A stretch of DNA of 64,000 bases from an uncultured Oscillospiraceae bacterium (GTDB lineage Bacteria > Bacillota > Clostridia > Oscillospirales > QAMX01): contig CAYUXI010000013.1 of the NCBI GenBank assembly GCA_964448855.1, forward strand, positions 674-64,673, in the 5' to 3' direction. Below are positions 8,337-18,530 of this stretch, piece after piece (the stretch's first letter is position 1; the number at the start of each line of letters is the position of its first letter). A program made the translations under genes and the position numbers. The notes beneath the pieces were generated by a model that searched no databases, was not told the DNA's origin, and saw nothing but the letters and a program-made list of their open reading frames with translations.

Positions 8337-10661
8337 TTATGTGACCGGCAGCTCGTGATCGGTATAATGCAGCACGATCACGGTGCGATCGTCGCCGTTG
8401 TCGTCCGTTTTCGCCATCCGCAGCAGCAGCTCGGACAGCTCCCGCGGATTGTCGCAGTGCAGCTTTTTCAGGCAGCTGCAAAATTCCTCCGGCGGTTGAC
8501 CCGCCAGGACACCGTCGCTGGTCAGGACGATCAGGTCGCCCGGCGTGAGTGCTGTCCGCGTCACACTGATTTCCTCCATCGACGGCTTGCCGCCCAGAAT
8601 GCGGACGTGGTAGGTGCTCCCGCATTTGCGCCGGAGGAAGGTCGGTGCGGCGCGATATTTGATCGTGTGGAGCTCGCCGGTTTTCGGGTGCACCACAGCA
8701 ATGTCCATTGTTGCAAAATTGTCGCCGTCTGAGCGAATCTGCACGGAGGAGCGGATGATATCGACAGCCTGTCCCGGCTCGATGCCCGCTCTGAGAAAGC
8801 TCTCCAGCAGCTTCACCGTTCGCACGGCCTCCTCCCGCGCTTCCGTCCCGCTGCCCATGCCGTCGCAGAGCACCACGTACATACTGCCGTCCTTCCCGGT
8901 GAAATACGTCCCACAGTCGCCGCTGATGCGTTCTCCGCGCTTTTTCTCGGCGGTTGCACCGATTTGGCAGGAGCACTCCGGGCGTTCGGAAAAGGTCATG
9001 CAGGAGAGGTGCCGTCCTTCCAGCTGCTCCGGCATCGCCATCCGCACGCCGCTGATGCGGCTGATGGCATCTGCCAGCTCTTCGCCGCGGCCGTTCAGCG
9101 TCCGTAGATTCGTCCCGCACAGCTCGACGTGCAGGCGATCCTCGCCGTCCCGGTAGGCAATCACCTCGGCCACTGCGCCGTATTCCGCCGTCAGGCGCTT
9201 CAGCTCCGCTTCCAACTTCGCCTCAAACTGCGGTTCATTTGACAGCTCCACCGCCTCCGCATCCAGCAGCGCCGACAGTTGGCCGTACTGCCGGGAGAGG
9301 AGCGCACGGTTGTCGCGGTACTCCCCTTTTCGGATGTGCCGCTCCCGTCCGGCGCGAATGGCGAGCGTCAGGCAGGCGCAGACATCGTCCAGCCGCGGGC
9401 AGCGCGTGCGGACGCTTTCACAGAAATCCGTCGGCTCCGCACGGCCACGACCCATCATGGCACGAAAGCCCGACGCCATTTCCCGGATGCAGCCTGTCCG
9501 GTTGTCGCAGCGGCCGCAGGAGGCCTCCAAGCCCTCCGCCAGCCAATCCGTTTCCTGCGCGTTCTCGCACGTCTGGGCGGGCTCCATGGTCTTCGCCAGA
9601 TCATCATAGGCACCCGCCAGACTTTGCAGCCTGGCCTGCATATGGCGGCGGATGTGGGCATCCGCGCCGCTGTGGTCGGTTGACATTTTACTGATCGGGC
9701 AGTGGAGCCACGCATCCGGCAGGAGTGCGAAGGCGGCTGCGCCGACGGCCGCTTCGATCACAGCACCGATCGACTGCGCTTCCGTCGGAAGGAGCAGAAT
9801 GGCCGCGCCGTGGACGACGACGACTGTCAGCGCTGCTGCCATGCGACCGCCGCGGATGCTCCATCCGGCAGTGAGGCCGCCGAGCGCATACAACGCCGTG
9901 CAGAGCGGAACACCGGAGCCGGTCAAATCCATGGTCAGGCCGATGGCCAGCCCCGCAACGGTTCCGCCGTAGGCTCCGGCTGCATACGCGGCGGTGAGCA
10001 CCAGTGCGACGGCGGCCATGCAGCCGATGCGAAGCGACAGGCTGCCGATGGAAAAGCCCGGCAGCGCTGCGCCGCAGAGGGCCAGCAGAACGAGCTGCGC
10101 GAGGAACTCTTTTTCCGCATCGAGCGCACCGGGCACGCGGCGGTTGGAGCCGTGGAGCGCCGTAGCGAACACGAGTGCTGCGGCCATGGAGAGCATCAGC
10201 TCTGCGAGATCGAGCAGCAGAGCCAGCGCACCGCCGCCCGAGGTCAGGTGCCAGACCATCCCCGTCAGGCCAATCGCCAGTCCGGTCGAGAGCATGGCAA
10301 AAAGCGGTGTACGCGTTCGGAACACCTGTCGCAGCGTCAGCTTGAGCATCATGGCGATCAGCGCGGCGGCCAGGTAGCGGATGCTGTCGATGCGGTTCCA
10401 GGCGGCGCAGGTGCCGATCAGAACGCCCGCCGCTGTCGCCAGCAGCCGTTTGTTTTTCTGCTGTGCCTGCAAAAACGACACGCCGAACGGTGCGCGGCTG
10501 CCGTAGATGATGGTCTGTGCCAGCAGGAAGCCGCCGGCCGCAGCCAGGCAGAGCGCCAGCACCTCCCGCTGTCCGGGCATCCGCTGTCCGGGCATCCGCT
10601 GTCCGGGCATCCGCTGTTCGCGTCCTTCTGTCGTGTTCGGGTCAAATTCCAAGAGTTTCAT
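8337..10661 (-). CDS. spoIIE: Stage II sporulation protein E (membrane PP2C phosphatase)
   Basis: About 10 N-terminal TM segments; C-terminal PP2C motifs ISGD, VLCDGMGSG, FATMD, TSDGV, GDDRTV; RBS AGGAAGGA before ATG 10661. Confidence 0.85.
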   Translation of the reverse strand: MKLLEFDPNTTEGREQRMPGQRMPGQRMPGQREVLALCLAAAGGFLLAQTIIYGSRAPFGVSFLQAQQKNKRLLATAAGVLIGTCAAWNRIDSIRYLAAALIAMMLKLTLRQVFRTRTPLFAMLSTGLAIGLTGMVWHLTSGGGALALLLDLAELMLSMAAALVFATALHGSNRRVPGALDAEKEFLAQLVLLALCGAALPGFSIGSLSLRIGCMAAVALVLTAAYAAGAYGGTVAGLAIGLTMDLTGSGVPLCTALYALGGLTAGWSIRGGRMAAALTVVVVHGAAILLLPTEAQSIGAVIEAAVGAAAFALLPDAWLHCPISKMSTDHSGADAHIRRHMQARLQSLAGAYDDLAKTMEPAQTCENAQETDWLAEGLEASCGRCDNRTGCIREMASGFRAMMGRGRAEPTDFCESVRTRCPRLDDVCACLTLAIRAGRERHIRKGEYRDNRALLSRQYGQLSALLDAEAVELSNEPQFEAKLEAELKRLTAEYGAVAEVIAYRDGEDRLHVELCGTNLRTLNGRGEELADAISRISGVRMAMPEQLEGRHLSCMTFSERPECSCQIGATAEKKRGERISGDCGTYFTGKDGSMYVVLCDGMGSGTEAREEAVRTVKLLESFLRAGIEPGQAVDIIRSSVQIRSDGDNFATMDIAVVHPKTGELHTIKYRAAPTFLRRKCGSTYHVRILGGKPSMEEISVTRTALTPGDLIVLTSDGVLAGQPPEEFCSCLKKLHCDNPRELSELLLRMAKTDDNGDDRTVIVLHYTDHELPVT
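10566..10617. repeat. 15-bp tandem repeat x3.5 (QRMPG repeats in the SpoIIE N-tail)
   Basis: CCGCTGTCCGGGCAT at 10566, 10581 and 10596, partial copy at 10611. Confidence 0.95.
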
Positions 10662-10717
10662 AGGGTGGTCTGTCCTTCCTGACAATGCTTTTGTATCGGG
10701 CGATGGCCCGCCTGTAT

Positions 10718-10752
10718 ATCATACCGTCCGGGTGGGGGTATTTTTTGTCGCA
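10718..10752 (-). promoter_or_regulatory. Putative Spo0A-activated SigA promoter of spoIIE
   Basis: -10 TATGAT (10718-10723) lies 22 nt from a 0A-box-like TGTCGCA (10746-10752, 6/7 match to TGNCGAA) at the -35 position, as in B. subtilis spoIIE/spoIIG promoters. Confidence 0.45.
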
Positions 10753-10871
10753 TTGGACAGACCGATTCTTTTTTCGCCGTCGGTTCTTTTTCGAAAATCC
10801 GACACATTCCAGCATTTGAAAACGCCGCATTCCATCTCGTTCGATCGAATGCGGCGTTTTTATGCATCTGT

Positions 10872-11345
10872 TTACTTATGATATTTGCGGTGGTTCAGAA
10901 TGGCAAAGGCGCGATAGAGCTGCTCCAGCGCCATGACACGCGCCAGGTGGTGCGGAAACGTCATTTTGGACATGGACAGCAGCCAGCCTGCTCGCTGCTT
11001 CAGGCGCGGACTGAGGCCGTTGGAGCCGCCGATCACGAGGCACAGGCGGCTGTCACCGCCGCTCGCCAGCGTGTCGATGCGGGCGGCGAAGGCTTCGCTC
11101 GCCAGCTGAGCGCCCTCCGGCGTCAGGACAATCAGGAATGCGCCCTTTGGAATCGCCCGCTCGATGGCATCGCATTCCGCTTCCAGCGCAGGGGCGATTT
11201 CCGAATCGTTGTCCACCGGGCGCTCCGGCAGCTCCAGCACCGTGACGGCTGCGAAGGGGCGCAGGCGCTTCAGGTATTCCTCGCAGGCGGCCTGATAGTG
11301 CTTTTCCTTCAGCTTGCCGACACAGATCAGTGTAACAGAGATCAT
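10872..11345 (-). CDS. rlmH: 23S rRNA (pseudouridine1915-N3)-methyltransferase RlmH
   Basis: ICVGKLKEK, VIGGSNGL, SKMTFPHHLARVMALEQLYRAF, KYHK. Confidence 0.96.
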   Translation of the reverse strand: MISVTLICVGKLKEKHYQAACEEYLKRLRPFAAVTVLELPERPVDNDSEIAPALEAECDAIERAIPKGAFLIVLTPEGAQLASEAFAARIDTLASGGDSRLCLVIGGSNGLSPRLKQRAGWLLSMSKMTFPHHLARVMALEQLYRAFAILNHRKYHK

Positions 11346-12214
11346 CAGTCGTGTTCCTCCGGTGCATCGGGCGGCGTATCCTCCGGGGATGTCCGGTTTC
11401 GATCATCCGCCGAGCGGACATATTCCGCATAGACGACCTGGGTCATCCGCATATACGGCATCAGGTAGAGCAGCGGCAAAAACATGAACAGTGCGCACAT
11501 CAGGTACCATCCGGCGAAGCTGACGATGCAGAGCACCCATTCCCACACATGGCCGCGCATGGCGCGCCACGAGCGCAGTGCGGCGGCAAACGGCCCCGCC
11601 TCCGGGTGGTCGAGAAAATAGTACGGTGTCAGCAGCAGGTGGATGGTGAAAAACGCGTAGACCAGCATACAGCCCAGTGAAACGGCGACGACGCGGCCAT
11701 CGACGAGCGACCAGTTGACCATCGGCGATGCAAAAGCGGTCAGCTGCTCCGACAGATCGGCCATCACAGCGTCCGCCGTATCGAGCAGCCAGCTGGCCGG
11801 GATGCTGTACAGCGCGAGGGAGATCAGGCCGGTCACGACGGTGTAGACGTAGTATTCCAGCACGCGCTTCAGCCGTTCGCCGTCGGAATACCAGAGGAAG
11901 ACATCCATCACGCGTGGCTCCTGGCGGCGAAACGCCTTCAGCAGGAATTCGGCAATGCCCAGCGTCAGCGGCACCAGCAGGAAGCTGGTCAGGACGGTCA
12001 GCAGCGCGGAGGAAAGATCAAAGCGATAGACCCAGATTTGCACCATGCAGGTCAGCCCGAATCTTTGCGTCAGGCCGGAAATCACCGTGGAGAGTGCGAA
12101 ACCGGTCACCGTTTCCAAGGCGAGTAGGAAAACGATTTTGAACAGATACGGCGCCATGGCCGGTTTGGCCAGACCTTTTGCCGTTCGAATGACCTGTGAG
12201 CGTGGCAGTTTCAT
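11345..12214 (-). CDS. DUF975 family membrane protein
   Basis: Multiple TM segments; ALLRSWRAMRGH-like motif (AAALRSWRAMRGH), SFAGWY, YLMPY. Confidence 0.7.
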   Translation of the reverse strand: MKLPRSQVIRTAKGLAKPAMAPYLFKIVFLLALETVTGFALSTVISGLTQRFGLTCMVQIWVYRFDLSSALLTVLTSFLLVPLTLGIAEFLLKAFRRQEPRVMDVFLWYSDGERLKRVLEYYVYTVVTGLISLALYSIPASWLLDTADAVMADLSEQLTAFASPMVNWSLVDGRVVAVSLGCMLVYAFFTIHLLLTPYYFLDHPEAGPFAAALRSWRAMRGHVWEWVLCIVSFAGWYLMCALFMFLPLLYLMPYMRMTQVVYAEYVRSADDRNRTSPEDTPPDAPEEHD

Positions 12215-12334
12215 AGGGCGACTGATTTCATCCTTTCTTTGCGGGCTGCACGTTGTCATCAGACAGAGCCCGTGAACAAACACGCCCGTCCGACATGGTA
12301 CGCACGTCGGACGGGGTGGATGGATCGTTCCGGA

Positions 12335-14011
12335 TCAGATGCCCGGAGCGTTGGGATCATCGGTATCGACCGGCTCTGTCGGCTGCGGAGCCGTAGTCGT
12401 CTCCGGCGGATTGGTGGCCGGTGGTTCGGTCACCGGCGGCTCCGTGACAGGCGGTTCCGTTTCGCTGACAGCCGGGCCGACATAGGTCAGGCCGTTGTAC
12501 GGGCTGTATTTGCTGGTGTTGACCTTGACCTCCTGCTGGAGGACGCCATCGACGTAGATCTGCTTATACAGCTCCACCTTGTAGCCCGGCATACCGCTGC
12601 GCACTTTTTTCTGCGTGCCCGGTGCGAGGGTCGAATCCTCGACATATTTCATCGTCTGTTCGTAGGTTTCCAGAACGACGGACTTGAACTTGATTGTCCG
12701 GTTGGCTGCCCGCGACTCCTTCCCGTAGATGGAGACGGTCAGGGTGCCGTTGCTGGCTTTGGCCGAAATCCGGATAGGCTCATCGGTGTTGTTGCGGAAG
12801 ACGTAGTCCAGAGAGCCGTAATAGAGGGTGGCGTCCATGCCGAGATCGACGTAGGAGACCTTGTAGGCGTGGACATAGCGGGAAATCTGATCCATTTCAG
12901 CGTACAGTGAGGCGACATAGAGCGTCGAGCTCACCTGGCAGATGCCGCCGCCGAGGCCCTCCTGCATCCCGCCGTTCTGGAAGACGGTCGCCGGTTTATA
13001 GCCCTTTTCCTTGGTTCGTTCGCCGACGACGCGGTTGAAGGAGAAGGTCTGTCCCGGCAGGACAACGGATTCATGGATGGCGGCAGTGGCCAGGCCGACG
13101 TTGACCGTGCGGTTGGCTTCTGCGGGGTTATAATAGGTGATGCACTGTCCAAGCAGGTCTTTGAAATACTGGTTCGGGAGCGTTTCCGCCGTGACAGCCG
13201 GTTGAATTTCCTGCTTGAGGAATGTCTTTTCCGTCCAGGTACCATCGGTCAGCTCCTGACGAATCTGGTCGATATCGATGTCGTAGCCGATGACTTCCTT
13301 GACGATGATGGTATTGTTGTCGGCGTCCACGTCATAATAGGCGTCGGCGGGGGCGCAGTAGATCATGGTATACAGTTCGTCGAGGTTTGGCATTTCCGGC
13401 GCTTTCGAGATCGTCTTCAGCTCCAGCTCACCGGTCTGATGGTCAACCAGCGCATTGACGACCTTCTGGAAGGCTTCCTCTTTATCAACAGAGGTGTGCT
13501 CCGCGCCGCGGTGGAAGGTCACGCCGTTTTCCGTCAGCTCGTACTCGGTATCGGAGCCGGTATCGATGTTGGCGACCAGCTCGTCAATCCGTTTGATGAT
13601 GTATTCCTCGTCCACGCCGGCGACGTCGCCCTTGATCGCCTGAATGGACTGATACTGGGCGATCAGCGACAGATCATAGCCCTTGCTTTTCATGTAGGCG
13701 GTCAGTGCGTCATAATCGACCGGGGCGTTTGCTTCATTGAGGCTGATTTTCACGGATGCACCGGCGGCTTTCACCGTCAGCGCCTGATCCTTCCGCGAAT
13801 CCGTGATATAGCCCTTGACGAGCATTTCCACTTCGCTGCCGGCAATCGGCGTGGAGGACATGGAGGGATTTCCCGTGACGTCGGGCGGATCCTGAAACGT
13901 ATCCTTCAGCTCACCGACCAGCCAGATTCCCAGCAGAATCAGCAGGACGGCAGAAATGGCCAGCAGAACGATCAGCGTAATTTTTGGCATTGTCGTTTTC
14001 TTTTTGCTCAT
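12335..14011 (-). CDS. VanW family protein (N-terminal TM, VanW, G5 domain, Pro/Thr-rich tail)
   Basis: [46 protein letters not shown]; TEPPV repeats. Confidence 0.85.
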   Translation of the reverse strand: MSKKKTTMPKITLIVLLAISAVLLILLGIWLVGELKDTFQDPPDVTGNPSMSSTPIAGSEVEMLVKGYITDSRKDQALTVKAAGASVKISLNEANAPVDYDALTAYMKSKGYDLSLIAQYQSIQAIKGDVAGVDEEYIIKRIDELVANIDTGSDTEYELTENGVTFHRGAEHTSVDKEEAFQKVVNALVDHQTGELELKTISKAPEMPNLDELYTMIYCAPADAYYDVDADNNTIIVKEVIGYDIDIDQIRQELTDGTWTEKTFLKQEIQPAVTAETLPNQYFKDLLGQCITYYNPAEANRTVNVGLATAAIHESVVLPGQTFSFNRVVGERTKEKGYKPATVFQNGGMQEGLGGGICQVSSTLYVASLYAEMDQISRYVHAYKVSYVDLGMDATLYYGSLDYVFRNNTDEPIRISAKASNGTLTVSIYGKESRAANRTIKFKSVVLETYEQTMKYVEDSTLAPGTQKKVRSGMPGYKVELYKQIYVDGVLQQEVKVNTSKYSPYNGLTYVGPAVSETEPPVTEPPVTEPPATNPPETTTAPQPTEPVDTDDPNAPGI

Positions 14012-14115
14012 ATGTTTTCTCCATCTGTCTACAGAAATGGGGTTCTCAGGCATCCATATTTCCGGGCGGCGAATGGCGCAGCGCCATAGGAGCCCTTTCC
14101 GGATGATACTCCTTT

Positions 14116-14144
14116 ATTATAGCAGTCTGCGGGCGGAAAATCAA
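14116..14144 (-). promoter_or_regulatory. SigA promoter of the VanW gene
   Basis: TTGATT-17-TATAAT with extended TG on the minus strand. Confidence 0.65.
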
Positions 14145-14238
14145 TGACAGTCCGCTTACAAACTGGATAATTTTTGGAAACAGCTGCAATTTCCGAACGG
14201 CAAGCCGTGTCACGGCGGTTCTCCGCCCGGACGGGAAA

Positions 14239-14267
14239 CCGCCCGGACAACAAAGCTGTCCGGGCGG
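14239..14267 (-). terminator. Terminator hairpin downstream of the sugar isomerase gene
   Basis: CCGCCCGGACA...TGTCCGGGCGG followed by TTT on the minus strand. Confidence 0.6.
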
Positions 14268-14348
14268 CGTTTGGATTCCGGTTTCGGTTTTGGCGGCGAT
14301 CCGGTCAACGTGCGGTTGGAGAGGCGTTTTGACCGGGCGGTGAGGTGT

Positions 14349-15200
14349 TCAGCAGTCCGGTGTTTCGTCCATCAGAGCCGCGATTCTCCGGCCTCTTTCC
14401 AGTGCCTGACGCAGATAGGCGTCCTGATCGAGTGCGGCATACCGGTCATGGGTGTTCCGACCCGGCTTTGCCTGGCTGCACAGCTCCATCATCAGGATGC
14501 CCTGATAGTGGGCGCGTTTCAGGCGTTTGCAGATACCGGCCCAGTCCGCCGTTCCGTCGAACGGCATCAGGTGGGCATCGTCCAGGAACGTCAGGACGGA
14601 CGGATCCGTCATGCCGAGGTTGTCGTTCAGGTGGGTGCAGATGAGCTTATCGCCGTAGCGCGCCGGGACGTCCTCGGCGTGATTGTAGCAGAGCTCATGG
14701 CCGGTATCCCAGCAGAAGCCGACGGCGGGCGAATCGGCGAAGGCGTCGATGAGCGCCTGCAGGTAGTTGATGTGCTCGACGTTTTCGAAGGCCAGGCGCA
14801 CCGGCGTCTCCTCTGCGGCCTTGATGATGCGTTCAAACCGTTTCAGACCCAGAGCGGACGGCGGCGTATTGCGATCCATGCCGATGATCGGGTGCATGAC
14901 CGCGATCGGGACATCGTTCTCCGCGCAGTCGTGGATGCAGCGAATCAGGACGGAGGCGAATTCGTCGCCGGCGTCCCCTTCATCCCACAGGGCGCTGCAC
15001 GGGCCAAACGGCGCGTGGATGGATTGATAGATCAGGCCAAGGGAGCGGATGCGCGCTGCCAGTGCGGCGACATCGGTTGTTTCATTCCAGTTCGTGAAGC
15101 AGGCATCAAAGCCCGCCCGTGCAATCGCGTCGATGGATTCTTCCGGTGTCTGAACATGGTATGCACCGGCATTGATTCCGATTTTCCAGGTTTCGCTCAT
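14349..15200 (-). CDS. Sugar phosphate isomerase/epimerase (AP endonuclease 2 TIM barrel)
   Basis: HAPF, LAFENV, CWDTGHE, THLNDN, HLMPFDG, MELC. Confidence 0.85.
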   Translation of the reverse strand: MSETWKIGINAGAYHVQTPEESIDAIARAGFDACFTNWNETTDVAALAARIRSLGLIYQSIHAPFGPCSALWDEGDAGDEFASVLIRCIHDCAENDVPIAVMHPIIGMDRNTPPSALGLKRFERIIKAAEETPVRLAFENVEHINYLQALIDAFADSPAVGFCWDTGHELCYNHAEDVPARYGDKLICTHLNDNLGMTDPSVLTFLDDAHLMPFDGTADWAGICKRLKRAHYQGILMMELCSQAKPGRNTHDRYAALDQDAYLRQALERGRRIAALMDETPDC

Positions 15201-15237
15201 AAAAGAATCATCTCCTTTGATTTCATTGATTTGTGAT

Positions 15238-16677
15238 TTAATACTGTCTGCCCCAGACCACCAGATGCTTGGCCGGTTTCCCGCAGCAGACGCAGACGTC
15301 GCCGATGGGCTCGCCGTCAAACGGGATGCAGCGGCTCTTGACGCCGCCGGTTTCATCCTTCAGCTGGTTTTCGCAGGCTTCGTCGCCGCACCACATTCCG
15401 CGGATGAAGCCCGGATGGTTTTTGGCAAGATCCAGGAATTCATCGTGGTTGTGCGCATCGTGCGTTTTCTGGTGCAGATTGTCGAGTGCGCGCTGATACA
15501 GGCCGTCATGCACCGCTTTCAGCGCGTCAGCCACGGCTGTCTCCAGTTCATCCAGCGATACGGCGATTTTTTCGCGGTTGTCGCGGCGAACCAGAACGCA
15601 GGCGTTGTTTTCAATGTCACGCGGGCCGATTTCCAGACGCAGCGGGATGCCCTTCATCTCGCACTGGCTGAACTTCCAGCCGGCGGAGTTGTCGCTGACA
15701 TCGACTGAGACGCGGAACGAACGGCTCAGGCGGGCGCGGAGCTCCTCCGCCTTTTCCAGAACGCCCGGCTTATGCGAGGCGATCGGCAGAATCATGACCT
15801 GAATCGGTGCGATGCCCGGCGGCAGAATCAATCCGCTGTCGTCGCCGTGGGTCATAATGACGGCGCCGATCATCCGGGTGGAGACGCCCCAGGACGTCTG
15901 ATGCGGATATTGCAGCTGGTTGTTCCGATCGGAATAGGTGATCTCAAAGGCGCGGGCGAAGCCGTCACCGAAATAGTGCGAGGTACCGCCCTGCAGTGCG
16001 ACGCCGTTGTGCATCATGGGCTCGATCGTGTAGGTTTCGACGGCACCGGCAAACTTCTCCTTGTCGGTTTTCCGGCCGGTAATTGCCGGAATGGCCAGCG
16101 TTTCGCGGTAGAAATCCTCATAGCACTTCAGCATCCGGAGCGTTTCTGCACGGGCTTCCTCTTCGGTTTCGTGCATGGTATGGCCTTCCTGCCACAGAAA
16201 TTCCGAGGTGCGGAGGAAGGGGCGCGTCGTCTTCTCCCAGCGCACAACGCTGCACCACTGGTTATACAGCTTCGGCAGGTCGCGGTAGGAGTGAATGATA
16301 TTCTTATAGTGTTCGCAGAACAGCGTTTCCGACGTCGGACGGACGCAGAGGCGTTCCGCCAGCTCCTGCTGGCCGCCGTGCGTGACCCACGCCACCTCCG
16401 GTGCAAAGCCCTCGACATGGTCTTTTTCCTTTTGCAGCAGGCTCTCCGGGATGAACATCGGCATATAGAGGTTCTCGTGTCCCATCTCCTTGAAGCGTCT
16501 GTCGAGATCATGCTGCATATTCTCCCAGATTGCGTAGCCATACGGGCGAATGACCATGCAGCCCTTGACGCCCGAATAGTCAGCCAGCTCGGCTTTTTTG
16601 ACGACGTCTGTGTACCATTGCGCAAAATCGACGTCCATCGACGTGATCTGCTCCACCATCTTTTTTTCCTGTGACAT
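15238..16677 (-). CDS. proS: Proline--tRNA ligase (archaeal/eukaryotic type)
   Basis: [55 protein letters not shown]. Confidence 0.97.
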   Translation of the reverse strand: MSQEKKMVEQITSMDVDFAQWYTDVVKKAELADYSGVKGCMVIRPYGYAIWENMQHDLDRRFKEMGHENLYMPMFIPESLLQKEKDHVEGFAPEVAWVTHGGQQELAERLCVRPTSETLFCEHYKNIIHSYRDLPKLYNQWCSVVRWEKTTRPFLRTSEFLWQEGHTMHETEEEARAETLRMLKCYEDFYRETLAIPAITGRKTDKEKFAGAVETYTIEPMMHNGVALQGGTSHYFGDGFARAFEITYSDRNNQLQYPHQTSWGVSTRMIGAVIMTHGDDSGLILPPGIAPIQVMILPIASHKPGVLEKAEELRARLSRSFRVSVDVSDNSAGWKFSQCEMKGIPLRLEIGPRDIENNACVLVRRDNREKIAVSLDELETAVADALKAVHDGLYQRALDNLHQKTHDAHNHDEFLDLAKNHPGFIRGMWCGDEACENQLKDETGGVKSRCIPFDGEPIGDVCVCCGKPAKHLVVWGRQY

Positions 16678-16724
16678 AAAGATGTCCTTTCGTTCTGTGT
16701 ATTTCTGTATCCGTTGTTTCCGTC

Positions 16725-18392
16725 CTACGGGGCGGGGTTCACTTCGACAATCTGGGTCTGGCTCTTGTAGTAGCTCTTGTTGGCCAGGCGGCGCTCCAGC
16801 AGCGTGTCGCCGTTGTAGATGAGCTGATACGTTTCGCACTGATACCCGTCCTTGCCGCGCTGTGTCTGCCGCTGCGTTCCATAGGCCAGGTTTTCATTGT
16901 AAACATATTCCGTCGAATACGGGTAGGTATGCGTGGTCACGGTTTCCACCTCGACGCGGCGGCTGGGATCCGTCTTCGTGCCGTACAGACAGACCGTCAG
17001 GGTGCCGTCCTTCATCACGGCGCTGACGCGAACCGGATAGGCAGTATTGTTGACAAACCGGTAATCCAGATAGCCCCACTGCACCGTTGCGTCCTGACCC
17101 AGCGGCACATAGTCCACCGTGTATGCATGGACGGCGCGTTCGGTCACCTCCAGATCGGCGCGCAGTGTCGCCAGATAGATGGTTGAGGACACCTGGCAGA
17201 TGCCGCCGCCGGTTCCGTCCACCATTTCGCCGCCGGCAAAGACGATGGCCGGTTTGAAGCCCCGCGCCTCCGTGCGTTCGCCGACAATCTTATTGAAGGA
17301 GAATTCCTCGCCCGGCAGCAGAATGATCTCGTTGACCTTTTCCGTTGCCAGCTTCAGGTTGGTGGTGCGGTTGGCTTCGGCGCTGTTATACGGGGAGACC
17401 GCCTGTCCGAGCACATCGCGGAAGAGCAGCTCGCCGAGCATCTGCTTGGTCATCTGCGGGGTGGTGTAGATAAACGGGTAGGTTTTCTCCGTCCACGCCT
17501 CTTCGCTCTGCATATCCTCATTGATCTGATAGATATCGACGTCTTTCCCGATGATCTCCTCGACAATCTGATAGCCGCGGGAGCCGGATTTTTCAACGTA
17601 GGCGTCCTGTGCCGCGACGCAGAAGGTTTCCCTGAGGATGTTCCAGTCCGGGATTTCTGCCTTCGTGACCTTCGGCTCGACGACATACTCGCCATACGTG
17701 CCGGTTTCCAGCATACCGTGGACGGCATCGCCCAGCGCCGGGCGGTTGACCTCGACGCCGTCATTGCCGCGGGTAATCGTCAGGCCGGTGTCATCCAGCA
17801 GATAGCTGTACGCCTTGTAGGTCTGCGCCACGGAGGCCACGAGCGCATCAAGCGCCTGATTGACCGCGTCCCGGTCATAGCCGTTCAGGCCGGAGACGGA
17901 GAGCTTATGCTGCGTTTCGGATTTGATCAGCGCGTAGCGGCGGAAGACCGAACGGTCCCGCCCGTATGCATACGCCTGATGGGCAATCGACTGCGCGTCA
18001 ATCCCGGTCATGATGTCGCGGGCCTGAATGGTGACGCTCTGATCCAGACAGCGAACTGTCAGGCTGCGGCTGGAAAAATAGTTTTCGCTGTACTCATTCA
18101 GGGCGTTGACGGCTTCATCCCCCGTCATGCCGCCGAGCTGCACGCCGAGCGCCGTGACGCCGGGATAAATCCGGTCATAGCGGCTCACGCGGCTACAGAC
18201 CAGCGTCAGGCAGACGATGCCGGTCAGGAGCAGCAGCGAAAAGACGCTGATGCAGACCCAGAAAAAGGCCGGGCTGAGCCCCAGAATCTTTTTCCTGCCC
18301 TTGGCCTGCAGGTTGATTTCCGTTGTACGGAACTGTTTTTCGTCCCCCGGGTCATCCGGGAGCTGATCCAGAATTTTCTTCCAGTTATTCAA
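16725..18392 (-). CDS. Second VanW family protein (TM, peptidoglycan-binding region, VanW, G5)
   Basis: [44 protein letters not shown]; TTG start after AAAGGAGAG. Confidence 0.85.
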   Translation of the reverse strand: MNNWKKILDQLPDDPGDEKQFRTTEINLQAKGRKKILGLSPAFFWVCISVFSLLLLTGIVCLTLVCSRVSRYDRIYPGVTALGVQLGGMTGDEAVNALNEYSENYFSSRSLTVRCLDQSVTIQARDIMTGIDAQSIAHQAYAYGRDRSVFRRYALIKSETQHKLSVSGLNGYDRDAVNQALDALVASVAQTYKAYSYLLDDTGLTITRGNDGVEVNRPALGDAVHGMLETGTYGEYVVEPKVTKAEIPDWNILRETFCVAAQDAYVEKSGSRGYQIVEEIIGKDVDIYQINEDMQSEEAWTEKTYPFIYTTPQMTKQMLGELLFRDVLGQAVSPYNSAEANRTTNLKLATEKVNEIILLPGEEFSFNKIVGERTEARGFKPAIVFAGGEMVDGTGGGICQVSSTIYLATLRADLEVTERAVHAYTVDYVPLGQDATVQWGYLDYRFVNNTAYPVRVSAVMKDGTLTVCLYGTKTDPSRRVEVETVTTHTYPYSTEYVYNENLAYGTQRQTQRGKDGYQCETYQLIYNGDTLLERRLANKSYYKSQTQIVEVNPAP

Positions 18393-18530
18393 AATCGTCT
18401 CTCCTTTCGGAAGATCGCATGATGCTGCGCGATTCCATGGTGTATGATATCATAAAATGCACACAGGCGGCAACAACAGTGCGGTTACGATTTGGGAACG
18501 GTTCGGATACGAACGCGACCGCCGGAGTGA

